58,779 nt of DNA from Bacilli bacterium (GTDB taxonomy: Bacteria > Bacillota_I > Bacilli_A > RFN20 > CAG-826): NCBI GenBank assembly GCA_036657515.1, contig JAVXGI010000005.1, positions 1 to 58,779 of the forward strand, in the 5' to 3' direction. The translations under genes and the position numbers were made by a program. Position 1 is the first letter of the stretch; the number at the start of each line of letters is the position of its first letter. Positions 28,514-38,619 of the stretch are shown piece by piece. Below the pieces are notes generated by a model, which was given only the letters and a program-made list of their open reading frames with translations, did no database searches and was not told the DNA's origin.

Positions 28514-31168
28514 TTATTTCTTTTTTGCTTCAAGTGCTCTTTTTTCTTTAATAGAAGCTTGAGCAGCAGCAAGACGTGCGACTGGAACTCTAAATGGTGA
28601 GCAAGAGACATAATCTAATCCGGTTTCATCGAAGAATTCGATTGAAAGTGGATCTCCACCATGTTCTCCACAAACGCCAACGTGTAAGTGGCTATTTGCT
28701 TCTCTACCTTTTGTTGTTGCCATTTGAATTAATTTACCAACGCCTTTAACGTCAACGTGTTGGAATGGATCAGATTCAAAGATTTTCTTACTGTAATAAT
28801 CTGGTAAGAATTTACCAGCATCATCACGTGAGAAACCATAGGTCATTTGGGTTAAATCGTTTGTACCAAATGAGAAGAATTCTGCTTCAGCTCCAATTTC
28901 GTCAGCAAGTAAAGCAGCACGTGGGATTTCAATCATTGTACCGATGTGGTAGGTTAATTTTTCTCCAGAAGCAGCAATTACTTTATCAGCGGTTTCAGTT
29001 AAGATTGATTTGACATATCTAAATTCTTTAACATCAAGTGTAAGTGGTACCATGATTTCTGGTTCAATTGCTTTACCTAAATCTTTTTGTGCTTTTAAAG
29101 CAGCTTCGATAATAGCAGTTGCTTGCATTCTAGCAATTTCTGGATAAGAAACGTCAAGTCTGCATCCTCTATGGCCCATCATTGGGTTAAATTCGTGTAA
29201 GTATTCAATTCTTTCTTTAATTGTTTCAACAGAGATATTAAGAGCATTTGATAACTCTTTAATCTTATCTTCTTCTGTTGGTAAGAATTCATGAAGTGGT
29301 GGATCAAGTAAACGAACGTTAACATTTAAGCCGTTCATTGCCATATATAATCCATAGAAGTCATCTCTTTGATATGGAAGAAGTTCAGCTAAAGCAGCTT
29401 CTCTTTGTTCAACAGTATCACTAAGAATCATCTTTCTCATGTGGAAGATACGATCTTTATCAAAGAACATATGTTCTGTACGGCATAATCCAATACCTTC
29501 TGCACCAAATTTAGCAGCGGTAATAGCATCACGTGGAACATCAGCATTTGCTCTAACAACTAATCTCTTATATTTTGAAGAGGCATCCATCATACGTTTG
29601 AAATTACCAGAGGATACGTCAGCTTCAATCATCTTAATTGGTGTATCATAGACTGCTCCTGTTGAGCCATCAAGTGCAAATGTATCATGTGCTGTATACT
29701 TTTTGCCATTAACTGTAACAGTTTCAGCTTCTTCATCAACTTGAATAGTAGAACAACCAGAGACACAGCATTTACCCATACCACGAGCAACGACTGCAGC
29801 GTGAGATGTCATACCACCACGCATTGTTAAGATACCTTCAGCAGCAACCATTCCTTCAATATCTTCAGGGGAGGTTTCAGCTCTAACTAAAATAACTTTT
29901 TCTCCAGCAGCATGTCTTTCTTCAGCGCTTTTTGCACTAAATGCTAAGTGTCCAGTTCCGGCACCAGGAGATGCTGGAAGTCCAGTTGCAATTGGTTTAG
30001 TAGCAGCTAAAGCAGTAAGATCGTAGGTTGGGTGTAATAATGAATTAAGGGCTGATGGTTCAACTCTTAAGACAGCTTCTTCTTCCGAAATAAGCCCTTC
30101 ATCAAATAAATCCCAAGCGATTTTTAAGGCAGCAGCAGCGGTTCTTTTACCGTTACGTGTTTGTAAGAAATATAATTTACCATCTTCGACGGTGAATTCC
30201 ATATCTTGCATATCTTTATAATGGTTTTCCATTAATTTTACTGAATCAGCGAATTGTTTATAAACTGCAGGCATTCTTCTTGCTAATTCATCAACATGAA
30301 GTGGGGTACGAATACCAGCAACAACGTCTTCACCTTGAGCATTTGGTAAATACTCAGCAAAGATTGCTTTATCTCCGGTAGATGGGGAACGTGAGAAAGC
30401 AACACCAGTTCCTGATGTTTCTCCTTTATTTCCAAAAACCATTGATTGAACAGTAACAGCAGTTCCCCATTCGTATGGAATGCTATTCATTTTTCTATAT
30501 GTATTTGCTCTTGGATTATCCCATGATCTGAAAACTGCTGTTACAGCTTCAATTAATTGAGTTTTTGGATCACTTGGGAAATCTTCGTGGAATACTGATT
30601 TATAATAATCTTTGAATTTTACTACTAATGCTTTTAATTCATCAGCTGTAATATCAGTATCAAGTTTGTAACCTTTTGATTTCTTTAAATCATCTAACAT
30701 TTTGTCCATTGCAGCACGTGGATAACCTTTTGCAATGTTTGTAAACATTAAGATAAATCTTCTATAACTATCGTAAGCGAATCTTGGATTGCCTGTTTCT
30801 TTTGAAATAACTTCAACAGTAACATCGTTTAATCCTAAGTTTAAAATAGTATCCATCATTCCAGGCATCGATACTCTAGCTCCAGATCTAACTGAGACTA
30901 AAAGTGGATTCTTTTCTCCACCAAACTTCTTACCTGTTTCTGCTTCGAGATCTTCGATTGCTTTGTAAACTTGATTTACAACAGCTTTTGGTAATTCCTT
31001 ACCGTTTTCGTAGTAACTAGAACATGCTTCGGTCGTAACAGTGAAACCTTGTGGAATTGGTAAACCAATGTGTGTCATTTCTGCTAAACCGGCACCTTTA
31101 CCACCAAGAATCTCTTTACCTAGTCCATAAGCGTTCTTAAAGTGATAAACATATTGTTTTTCAGCCAT
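28514..31168 (-). CDS. ppdK: Pyruvate phosphate dikinase
   Basis: GGKGA, VRSGARVSMPGMMDT, GGMTSHAAVVAR, GTNDL, GVCGEHGG; SD AGGAGG supports ATG 31168. Confidence 0.98.
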   Translation of the reverse strand: MAEKQYVYHFKNAYGLGKEILGGKGAGLAEMTHIGLPIPQGFTVTTEACSSYYENGKELPKAVVNQVYKAIEDLEAETGKKFGGEKNPLLVSVRSGARVSMPGMMDTILNLGLNDVTVEVISKETGNPRFAYDSYRRFILMFTNIAKGYPRAAMDKMLDDLKKSKGYKLDTDITADELKALVVKFKDYYKSVFHEDFPSDPKTQLIEAVTAVFRSWDNPRANTYRKMNSIPYEWGTAVTVQSMVFGNKGETSGTGVAFSRSPSTGDKAIFAEYLPNAQGEDVVAGIRTPLHVDELARRMPAVYKQFADSVKLMENHYKDMQDMEFTVEDGKLYFLQTRNGKRTAAAALKIAWDLFDEGLISEEEAVLRVEPSALNSLLHPTYDLTALAATKPIATGLPASPGAGTGHLAFSAKSAEERHAAGEKVILVRAETSPEDIEGMVAAEGILTMRGGMTSHAAVVARGMGKCCVSGCSTIQVDEEAETVTVNGKKYTAHDTFALDGSTGAVYDTPIKMIEADVSSGNFKRMMDASSKYKRLVVRANADVPRDAITAAKFGAEGIGLCRTEHMFFDKDRIFHMRKMILSDTVEQREAALAELLPYQRDDFYGLYMAMNGLNVNVRLLDPPLHEFLPTEEDKIKELSNALNISVETIKERIEYLHEFNPMMGHRGCRLDVSYPEIARMQATAIIEAALKAQKDLGKAIEPEIMVPLTLDVKEFRYVKSILTETADKVIAASGEKLTYHIGTMIEIPRAALLADEIGAEAEFFSFGTNDLTQMTYGFSRDDAGKFLPDYYSKKIFESDPFQHVDVKGVGKLIQMATTKGREANSHLHVGVCGEHGGDPLSIEFFDETGLDYVSCSPFRVPVARLAAAQASIKEKRALEAKKK

Positions 31169-31321
31169 TAAATATTCCTCCTTTGGCGAACTTATTGTTT
31201 TCAATGCAATAACATATTTATATTATCATAAAACCTTGTTTATTTATAGTACAAAAGTATGAAAATTTATAGTAATATATATAAGGCATATGTGAACTGT
31301 AATATATAAAAGGGAACAAAC

Positions 31322-32893
31322 ATGGAACAAACAAAAAACAAAATGATGCTTATAATTGACATTGGTACACAATCTTTAAAAGTATCGATAATAGATAGTC
31401 AGGGCTATTTCTTAGCTCATACTAAACGAGAATATAAAGAACCTTATAAATCTCCTAAAAACGGATATTGTGAACAAGATCCTAAATTTTATTACGACAC
31501 TTTTTGTTCAGCAACTAAAGAACTAGCTGCAACAGTTCCAGCTTTAATGAAAGGCGTTAGTGGAGTTTTACTAACTGCTTTTAGAGATAGTGCTGTTATG
31601 TTAGATGAAAATATGAACGTTCTTCACGATACAATATTATGGCTTGATCAAAGAAATGCTAAACTTACTAAAAAATTAAAATGGTATAAAACTGCCATAT
31701 TTTATATGGTAGGAATGCTTAACACTGTTAAATATAATAGAAAAAGAACAGGTGCCGTATGGATGGAAGAAAACGATAAAGAAACCTGGGATAAAGTTAA
31801 GCATTACGTTCCAATAACCGCTTATTGGAACTACTTAATGGTAGGAAAACTTGTTGATAGTTCTGCAAATTGTTCAGGACATTACCCATTTAACTTTAAA
31901 AAAGGAAAATGGTATAAAGATACTGACTTAAAATCCTGTGTTTTTGGAATCCGTCACGATCAATTATGTGATTTAGTAGGAGTTGGCGAAGTAATTGGAC
32001 AAATATCTAAACAATGTTCAATCGATAGTGATATTCCAGAAGGACTTACAATGTATTCAACTGGACCTGATAAAGCTTGTGAAACCTTAGGAAATGGCTG
32101 TTTACAACCAAATCACGTTTCAATATCGTATGGAACTGCTTGCACCATCGATATTCCTTCTAAACGTTACGTTGAACCTGAAAGATTTCTCCCTGCATAT
32201 CCTGCAGCATATGCAGGTGCATACGATATTGAATCCCAAATTTATAGAGGTTATTGGATGATTCGTTGGTTCATTAAAGAATTCGCCAACGAAGATGCAA
32301 AAAAAGCCAAACAATTTGATATTAGTATCGAAGATTTTCTTGATAATAAGATAGTAGATATAGAACCAGGTTCGAATGGGCTTATTTTGCAGCCGTATTG
32401 GGGACCAGGATTAAAACGTCCTTTAGCTCGTGGAGCAATTGTCGGATTTAGTGATACTCATACTAAATATCATTTATATAAAGCTATTATTGAAGGTATT
32501 GGATTTGCTTTAAGAGAAGGATTAGATACCATTTATCGCCGTATGGGAAAACCTGGTAGACCAGAATTTCTTGTTGTTTCGGGTGGTGGAGCAAAGAATG
32601 ATATTATATGTCAAATTACTGCTGATTTATTTAATGTTCATGTAAGAAGAACTCAAACAGTTGAAAGCTCTTCACTTGGGGCAGCTATGGCTGGATTCAT
32701 TGCTATTAGTGAGTTTAAAAATGAATTTGAAGCAGCTGATAAAATGGTCCGTTATGAGAAAGAATATGTCCCAAATAAAGTGAATGCTAAAAAATATGAC
32801 TATCTTTATCATAAAATATATTGTAAAATTTATCCTCGCCTTAATGAAAGTTATGCCGAGCTGAAAGGATATTCGAGTAATGAAATATACTAA
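31322..32893 (+). CDS. FGGY-family carbohydrate kinase
   Basis: IDIGTQS, ILWLDQR, SYGT, AIIEG, VSGGG; substrate unknown. Confidence 0.9.
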   Translation: MEQTKNKMMLIIDIGTQSLKVSIIDSQGYFLAHTKREYKEPYKSPKNGYCEQDPKFYYDTFCSATKELAATVPALMKGVSGVLLTAFRDSAVMLDENMNVLHDTILWLDQRNAKLTKKLKWYKTAIFYMVGMLNTVKYNRKRTGAVWMEENDKETWDKVKHYVPITAYWNYLMVGKLVDSSANCSGHYPFNFKKGKWYKDTDLKSCVFGIRHDQLCDLVGVGEVIGQISKQCSIDSDIPEGLTMYSTGPDKACETLGNGCLQPNHVSISYGTACTIDIPSKRYVEPERFLPAYPAAYAGAYDIESQIYRGYWMIRWFIKEFANEDAKKAKQFDISIEDFLDNKIVDIEPGSNGLILQPYWGPGLKRPLARGAIVGFSDTHTKYHLYKAIIEGIGFALREGLDTIYRRMGKPGRPEFLVVSGGGAKNDIICQITADLFNVHVRRTQTVESSSLGAAMAGFIAISEFKNEFEAADKMVRYEKEYVPNKVNAKKYDYLYHKIYCKIYPRLNESYAELKGYSSNEIY

Positions 32894-34004
32894 ATACAAC
32901 AAACATAAAAACCTAGTCACCTTCTCTAATTCGCTCTTAAAACGATATAATTGTAAAACATATCACAAATCTATTAGTGATATTGATGTTTTACTTAAAC
33001 GAAAAAGAAAAGTCGTTGTAATTCTTTTTGATGGATTAGGAAAATCAATCATAAAAAATATTTTACCAAAATCTTCTAATTTTAGAAAAAATAATTTTAT
33101 GACTATTTCTTCAACTTTTCCACCAACAACGGTTGCAGCAACTAACGCCTTATTAAGTGGAAAATATCCAAATGAAACAGGTTGGATTGGATGGACTACC
33201 TATATTAAATCAATTGATAAAGTAGTAGAAATGTTTACAGGAAAAGAATATGTCAGCAAAGTATTAATTAAAAATGAAGATCTTTGCCGTGATTTATTTC
33301 CATACGAAAACATCTTTAATACAATAAGAAACAATAATCCTAGTTTACACGTTGGAACAATTTATGGTCAATATAGTACTATTAATCGTCCTAACTCAAT
33401 TAGTGAAGTATTTGATCAAATAGAAGCAGAAGTTAATGGATATGAAGATTCATTAACTTATGCTTATTATCCTGAACCAGATACAACTCTTCATGAATTT
33501 GGAGAAAATAGTAAAGAAGTAAAAGTATTAGTTGAAGAAATTGAATTATATACAACGCGTTTTGCAGAAAAACACAAAGATACTCTCGTAATTGTAATTG
33601 CTGATCACTCTCACATTCTTGTTGAACCTATTTATTTCAATAGATATGAAGATATTACTGAATGTCTAAGTGGAGTCTATTCAATTGAAGCAAGATGTGC
33701 TTCATTTAGATTAAAACCAAATCCTGCACTACAACGTCAGTTTGTTACTAACTTCAAGAAACACTTTGGTAAAGACTTTGTTTTACTTACAAGACAAGAA
33801 GCTCTTGATAAAGAACTATTTGGACCAACTAGTACACAACTAAAAGGATTTGAAAAATACATCGGAGATTATGTTGCTCTTGCAACAACAAATAGATACT
33901 TCGAACTTAACGAAAATCATCCATTTATTTCAACTCACGCAGGAGCAACAAAGCGTGAACTTAATATTCAAGTAACAGTTTTTAACGAACATCCTAAAAG
34001 ATAA
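32880..34004 (+). CDS. Alkaline-phosphatase superfamily (nucleotide pyrophosphatase/phosphodiesterase-like), cytoplasmic
   Basis: FDGLG, FPPTT (Thr nucleophile), PDTTLH, ADH, HAG; no signal peptide. Confidence 0.85.
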   Translation: MKYTKYNKHKNLVTFSNSLLKRYNCKTYHKSISDIDVLLKRKRKVVVILFDGLGKSIIKNILPKSSNFRKNNFMTISSTFPPTTVAATNALLSGKYPNETGWIGWTTYIKSIDKVVEMFTGKEYVSKVLIKNEDLCRDLFPYENIFNTIRNNNPSLHVGTIYGQYSTINRPNSISEVFDQIEAEVNGYEDSLTYAYYPEPDTTLHEFGENSKEVKVLVEEIELYTTRFAEKHKDTLVIVIADHSHILVEPIYFNRYEDITECLSGVYSIEARCASFRLKPNPALQRQFVTNFKKHFGKDFVLLTRQEALDKELFGPTSTQLKGFEKYIGDYVALATTNRYFELNENHPFISTHAGATKRELNIQVTVFNEHPKR

Positions 34005-34011
34005 AAAAAAT

Positions 34012-34051
34012 AAAAAACTTCAGTTTTCTAAAAAATAACTGAAGTTTTTTT
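34012..34051 (+). terminator. Intrinsic terminator, possibly bidirectional
   Basis: AAAAAACTTCAGTT-11nt-AACTGAAGTTTTTT. Confidence 0.75.
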
Positions 34052-34085
34052 ATTACTTTTTTTAATCTTTAAAACCTAAAAAGTG

Positions 34086-34172
34086 TGCAGAACCTCACTA
34101 TAATTTTTTTAATAAAAAGAAAAAAACTTCTTAGAAATTCTAAGAAGTTTTGTAAAATAGTGAGGTTCTGCA
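34086..34172. repeat. Nested inverted repeat: 16-bp outer arms around a 29-bp palindrome
   Basis: TGCAGAACCTCACTAT (34086-34101) and ATAGTGAGGTTCTGCA (34157-34172); inner AAAACTTCTTAGAA-A-TTCTAAGAAGTTTT (34123-34151). Confidence 0.9.
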
Positions 34173-34178
34173 GCGAAA

Positions 34179-35996
34179 TTAACTTTCGACCAATGGTTCG
34201 TTTTCAAGATTCGTACCAAGGAATTGAGAATTGTAAAGTTCTGCATAGAAACCGTTTTTCTTTATTAATTCATCATGAGTACCATTTTCAATAATGTTAC
34301 CTTTTTTCATAACAAGAATTACTTTAGCATTTTTAATAGTTGATAATCTATGAGCAATAACAAACGAAGTTTTACCTTTCATAATATTGTCTAGTGCATC
34401 TTGAATAGCTTTTTCTGTTCTAGTATCAACACTTGATGTAGCTTCATCAAGAATTAAGATTTTTGGTTTAGATAAGATTGCTCTAGCAATAGTTAATAAT
34501 TGTTTTTGACCTTGAGATATATTAGATCCATCTTCGTTAAGCATAAAGTCAAATCCACCTGGAAGAGTGTGAATAAAGTGAAGTGCGTGAGCTTCTTTAC
34601 AAGCTTTAGTAACTTCTTCATCCGTTGCTTCAGGAGCACCATATTTAATGTTTTCTTTAATAGTGCCATTAAATAACCATGTATCTTGAAGAACCATACC
34701 AACTGCATCACGAAGTGTATCACGTTTATAATCTCTAATATCAACTCCATCAAGCAGTATAGAACCGCTATTAATCTCATAGAATCTCATTAATAAGTTA
34801 ACAATAGTAGTTTTTCCTGCTCCAGTTGGTCCAACAATTGCGATTGTATCGCCAGTTGAAATATGAAGATTCATGTTTTCAATTAATGGTTTATCTAAAG
34901 TATAGGAGAAAGAAACATCTTTAAATTCATATTCGCCATGAATTACAGCTTCATCACTAATAGCATCTGGAGCATCTTGAATTTCTTCTTTTTCATCAAG
35001 TAATTCATAGACTCTTTCAGCACTTGCAAAGACGCTTTGAATAACGTTTATTATTTGACCTATTTGTTGGAAAGGACGAGTGAAAGCATTTAAATATAAG
35101 AAGAAAGCGTTCATTGATCCAGCGTCACGCAGCAATCCACCAACAACAGCGATAAAGACAAATGCTAAGTTGTTAATAAAGTTTGTAGTAGGGAAAATAA
35201 GAGAAGATAAGAATTGGGACATATTATCAGCTTTAGCCATTGTAACGTTAGTTTCAGTGAAGTCATCAATAATGTCTTTTTCTTTGTTGAACAATTTAAT
35301 AATCTTATATCCAGCATAGTTTTCTTCAACTTTACCATTTAATATACCTAGTTCTTTTCTATAAGATAAGAACATTTTTTGGCTACGAGTAGCAACAAGA
35401 AATACGATTAACATAATAAATGGAAGGACAGAAATAGCAATTAATGCTAATTCCCATCTTGTAATAAACATAGCAATAACTGCTCCAATAAAAACAGTTA
35501 CGCTTGTAAATACTTGAATAATAATTTGTTGAATATTTCTTGAAATATTATCAACGTCGTTAGTAGCACGAGATAAAGTTTCGCCATATGCAACTCGATC
35601 AAAGTAAGAAAGAGGTAATCTATCGATTTTATCTTTTACTCTTGCTCTCATTGAATAAGCTAACTCACCTGATACACGAATAATTAAGATGTTAGCAAGC
35701 CAACCAGATATAGCAGAGGCTAGATATAATCCAAGCATGGTACATATTTGAATAGTAAATTTTGTAAGATTTTCTTGTTCAAGGAATGCATTTTTCATAA
35801 CACTAGCTGTTGTATCATTAATGAAATCTTTTAACATCATTGGTGTCATAATAAAGGTAATAGCAGAAATAATACAGAAAATAATAACGATTGCAATAAT
35901 AACATAATGAGAAGAAAGATCTTTAAATAAACGTTTTGCAGCTAACTTAGTATTCTTTGGTTTATCTGCACTACGTGAATTGTTATGTGGAGCCAT
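34179..35996 (-). CDS. Heterodimeric multidrug-type ABC exporter, subunit B
   Basis: TMD plus GPTGAGKT, ISQGQ, DEATS, IAHRL (TM288/EfrB-like). Confidence 0.92.
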   Translation of the reverse strand: MAPHNNSRSADKPKNTKLAAKRLFKDLSSHYVIIAIVIIFCIISAITFIMTPMMLKDFINDTTASVMKNAFLEQENLTKFTIQICTMLGLYLASAISGWLANILIIRVSGELAYSMRARVKDKIDRLPLSYFDRVAYGETLSRATNDVDNISRNIQQIIIQVFTSVTVFIGAVIAMFITRWELALIAISVLPFIMLIVFLVATRSQKMFLSYRKELGILNGKVEENYAGYKIIKLFNKEKDIIDDFTETNVTMAKADNMSQFLSSLIFPTTNFINNLAFVFIAVVGGLLRDAGSMNAFFLYLNAFTRPFQQIGQIINVIQSVFASAERVYELLDEKEEIQDAPDAISDEAVIHGEYEFKDVSFSYTLDKPLIENMNLHISTGDTIAIVGPTGAGKTTIVNLLMRFYEINSGSILLDGVDIRDYKRDTLRDAVGMVLQDTWLFNGTIKENIKYGAPEATDEEVTKACKEAHALHFIHTLPGGFDFMLNEDGSNISQGQKQLLTIARAILSKPKILILDEATSSVDTRTEKAIQDALDNIMKGKTSFVIAHRLSTIKNAKVILVMKKGNIIENGTHDELIKKNGFYAELYNSQFLGTNLENEPLVES

Positions 35997-35997
35997 A

Positions 35998-37836
35998 TTA
36001 GTTATTTCCTCCTTCTGCTAAATATTTTGCTTTAGACATACGAATAGTTTTTTCAACTTCTTCTTTATCTAATTGAGATGCAACAATATCTTGATATACT
36101 TTACAATTAAGTAATAAGTCTTTATGTTTTCCTTGTCCTACAATCTTACCTTCATCAAGAACAATAATTTCATCAGCATTAATAATTGTTGATACTCTTT
36201 GAGCAACAATTATGGTTCCTGATTCTTTTGTAACTGGTTTTAATGCCGTTCTTAACTTAACATCGGTTTGAAAGTCAAGAGCACTAAAAGAATCGTCAAA
36301 AACATAGATTTCAGGTTTTCTAATTAACGAACGAGCAATAGCTAATCTTTGTTTTTGACCGCCGCTAAAGTTCTTTCCAGATTGAGAAACGAATGTATTA
36401 ATTCCTTCAGCACTTTTAGAGATAAAGTGAGTTGCTTGAGCGGTATCTAATGCTTTTAATATTTCTTCATCAGTAGCATCAGATTTACCAAACTTCATAT
36501 TATCTTTAATAGTTCCACTAAATAAGACTGCAGTTTGTGGAACAAATCCTAATTTATCACGAAGAGTTATTTGAGGATAGTTCTTAATATTAACGTTATC
36601 TAGTAATATCTCTCCTTCAGTAACATCGTAAAAGCGTGGAATAAGATTTACAATTGTTGATTTACCACAACCAGTTGATCCGATAATAGCGGTTGTTTTT
36701 CCTTTAGTAACACAAAATGAAATATGAGAAACACAAGGTTCAGAAGCACCTGGATAAGCAAAAGAAACATCTTTAAATTCTAATTTTCCATGAGTATCAT
36801 TAGTTAATTCAGCTAGTTTTTCAACACTATATGCTTCATCATCATTTAATTCTTCTTTAATATCAAGAATTTCATTAATTCTTTTTGCACTTGCACTAGC
36901 TTGTGGAAACATAACAAATACCATTGCAAACATTAAAAATGACATCATTATTTGACTTGTATATTGAGCAACTGCCATTATATTTGCGATATCTTGAGCC
37001 ATACTAGCAGGATATCCAGCATTTGCAATTGAGAAGAAACCAACAGAGAAAACAGCTAAATAAGTAGCATCAAATATAATGGCAATTGTTGGATCGGCAA
37101 ACGACATTACACGGCCGACTTTAACAATTGTTTTAGTCATATCTGTATTAGCAGCTTTAAATTTTGTTTGTTCTGCAGGTTGTTGATTATAAGCTCTAAT
37201 TACTCTAATTCCAGTTAGATTTTCACGTAAAACAAGAGTTACTTTATCAAGTTTAGCTTGGATTAATTTAAATAATGGAGAAGCTAACATAAATATAATT
37301 CCCATTGCGATAAGAATTAAAGGAACACTAATTGCACTGACAAGACCAAGACTAGCGTTAGCTTGAATAGTTTTTCTTAATCCAATTATCATCATGGTTG
37401 GTGACATAACCATGATTCTAATTGCCATTAATAAGAAACCTTTAATATTTTCAACGTCGTTTGTTGTACGAGTGATAAGAGTAGAAGTATCAAATTTTGA
37501 ATATTCACTTAAAGAAATAGAATTTACTTTTTTAAATGTTGCTTCACGGAGATCTTTACCAACCATTGCTGATAAACGAGCGGCCATAAAGCAAGTTAGG
37601 CATGCGCAGCATGCAACACCAAATGCAATTGCAATCATAATTCCGCCATTTGTCCATATTTGGCCAGTAATATTTTCAATCACTGCTCCTGGCATTGATG
37701 ATTGGCTAATCAATACTTGAATTTTACTCATATATTCAGGTAATAACATTTGTAGTTCACATTGTGCAATGACACAGATTGTAATAATTAATACTTCAGG
37801 CCATCTTTTAAAGATAAATTTAAATAATCGAAACAT
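35998..37836 (-). CDS. Heterodimeric multidrug-type ABC exporter, subunit A
   Basis: TMD plus GSTGCGKS, FSGGQ, degenerate DDSFS and AQR (TM287/EfrA-like). Confidence 0.92.
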   Translation of the reverse strand: MFRLFKFIFKRWPEVLIITICVIAQCELQMLLPEYMSKIQVLISQSSMPGAVIENITGQIWTNGGIMIAIAFGVACCACLTCFMAARLSAMVGKDLREATFKKVNSISLSEYSKFDTSTLITRTTNDVENIKGFLLMAIRIMVMSPTMMIIGLRKTIQANASLGLVSAISVPLILIAMGIIFMLASPLFKLIQAKLDKVTLVLRENLTGIRVIRAYNQQPAEQTKFKAANTDMTKTIVKVGRVMSFADPTIAIIFDATYLAVFSVGFFSIANAGYPASMAQDIANIMAVAQYTSQIMMSFLMFAMVFVMFPQASASAKRINEILDIKEELNDDEAYSVEKLAELTNDTHGKLEFKDVSFAYPGASEPCVSHISFCVTKGKTTAIIGSTGCGKSTIVNLIPRFYDVTEGEILLDNVNIKNYPQITLRDKLGFVPQTAVLFSGTIKDNMKFGKSDATDEEILKALDTAQATHFISKSAEGINTFVSQSGKNFSGGQKQRLAIARSLIRKPEIYVFDDSFSALDFQTDVKLRTALKPVTKESGTIIVAQRVSTIINADEIIVLDEGKIVGQGKHKDLLLNCKVYQDIVASQLDKEEVEKTIRMSKAKYLAEGGNN

Positions 37837-38455
37837 TTTTCAATTCCTCCTCTTTTATAAAAAATCCAATAAACGTCGCAATATTAGGCTTATGTTTAGT
37901 CATTAAATAGCCTTTGCAGTTTATATTAGCAATACATAATCCAGATAAAGATGTAACAAGAAGCATAAGATATTCTTCCGCTGGTTTATTAAGGACTAAT
38001 TTATTTTGTTTACTAAGTTGATCTAAGACGTTATATAGATAACTAAATGGTTTATCTACTCCGACTGATTTTTTAAAAACAGTACTTAAGATCTTAATAT
38101 CAGAGAAAAGATCAAAATATAAACTAAGAATAAATGTTCCTTTTTGTGTTTTTAAACAAGAAAAGAAGAACTCTATTATATTAACAAATGCTTCAACTGG
38201 ATTAGATTCTACAAGGTCAAGTCGTAACGTACTTTGAATAGTAGTTCTAACATAACTCATAATATGATGTAATAATTCTTCTTTATTTTTAAAGTAATGA
38301 TAAAAAAGTCCATGTGATATCTCTAGGTCTCTAGTTATATCATCAATGCACGTATTAGATATTCCTTTGGTAGCAAAAAGTCTCAGAGCAGACTCTAATA
38401 TTTCTTTCTCTCTTTTTCTTTTTATTGCTTCGTTTTCAATTTTTGTTCTTGGCAT
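37820..38455 (-). CDS. TetR/AcrR family regulator
   Basis: ILESALRLFATKG...SHGLFYHYFKNKEEL. Confidence 0.92.
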   Translation of the reverse strand: MPRTKIENEAIKRKREKEILESALRLFATKGISNTCIDDITRDLEISHGLFYHYFKNKEELLHHIMSYVRTTIQSTLRLDLVESNPVEAFVNIIEFFFSCLKTQKGTFILSLYFDLFSDIKILSTVFKKSVGVDKPFSYLYNVLDQLSKQNKLVLNKPAEEYLMLLVTSLSGLCIANINCKGYLMTKHKPNIATFIGFFIKEEELKNVSII

Positions 38456-38461
38456 GAAATT

Positions 38462-38491
38462 ATTTTATCATTATTGACAACGTTGTCAATA
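38462..38491 (-). promoter_or_regulatory. Promoter and perfect 20-bp operator palindrome of the TetR-ABC operon
   Basis: TATTGACAACGTTGTCAATA (38472-38491) contains -35 TTGACA; 16-bp spacer; extended -10 TGATAAAAT 6 nt before the ATG. Confidence 0.8.
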
Positions 38492-38560
38492 GCAAAATTA
38501 CTTTTTTTGTAAAAAAATTAAGTGACAATCTTAACGCAACATAAAAAATATATACAATTT

Positions 38561-38594
38561 AAATCTGGCCTTCCTTATTAATGGGAAGGCCAGA
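38561..38594 (-). terminator. Terminator after the DUF368 gene
   Basis: TCTGGCCTTCC-9nt-GGAAGGCCAGA with a short U tail. Confidence 0.65.
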
Positions 38595-38619
38595 CAGTAA
38601 AATAAGAAATTTAAAAAAA

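Noticed and set aside
32880-34004. Possible PglZ/BREX defence gene
   Set aside because: Only the alkaline-phosphatase fold is shared; the protein is short and there are no brx or pgl neighbours
34085-34294. 69-aa ORF crossing the nested inverted repeat
   Set aside because: GTG start without SD, runs through A/T tracts and lies antisense to the ABC 3' end
34179-37836. Degenerate Walker B/switch (DDSFS, AQR) and signature (SQGQ) as signs of pseudogenisation
   Set aside because: This asymmetry is the normal pattern for heterodimeric ABC exporters
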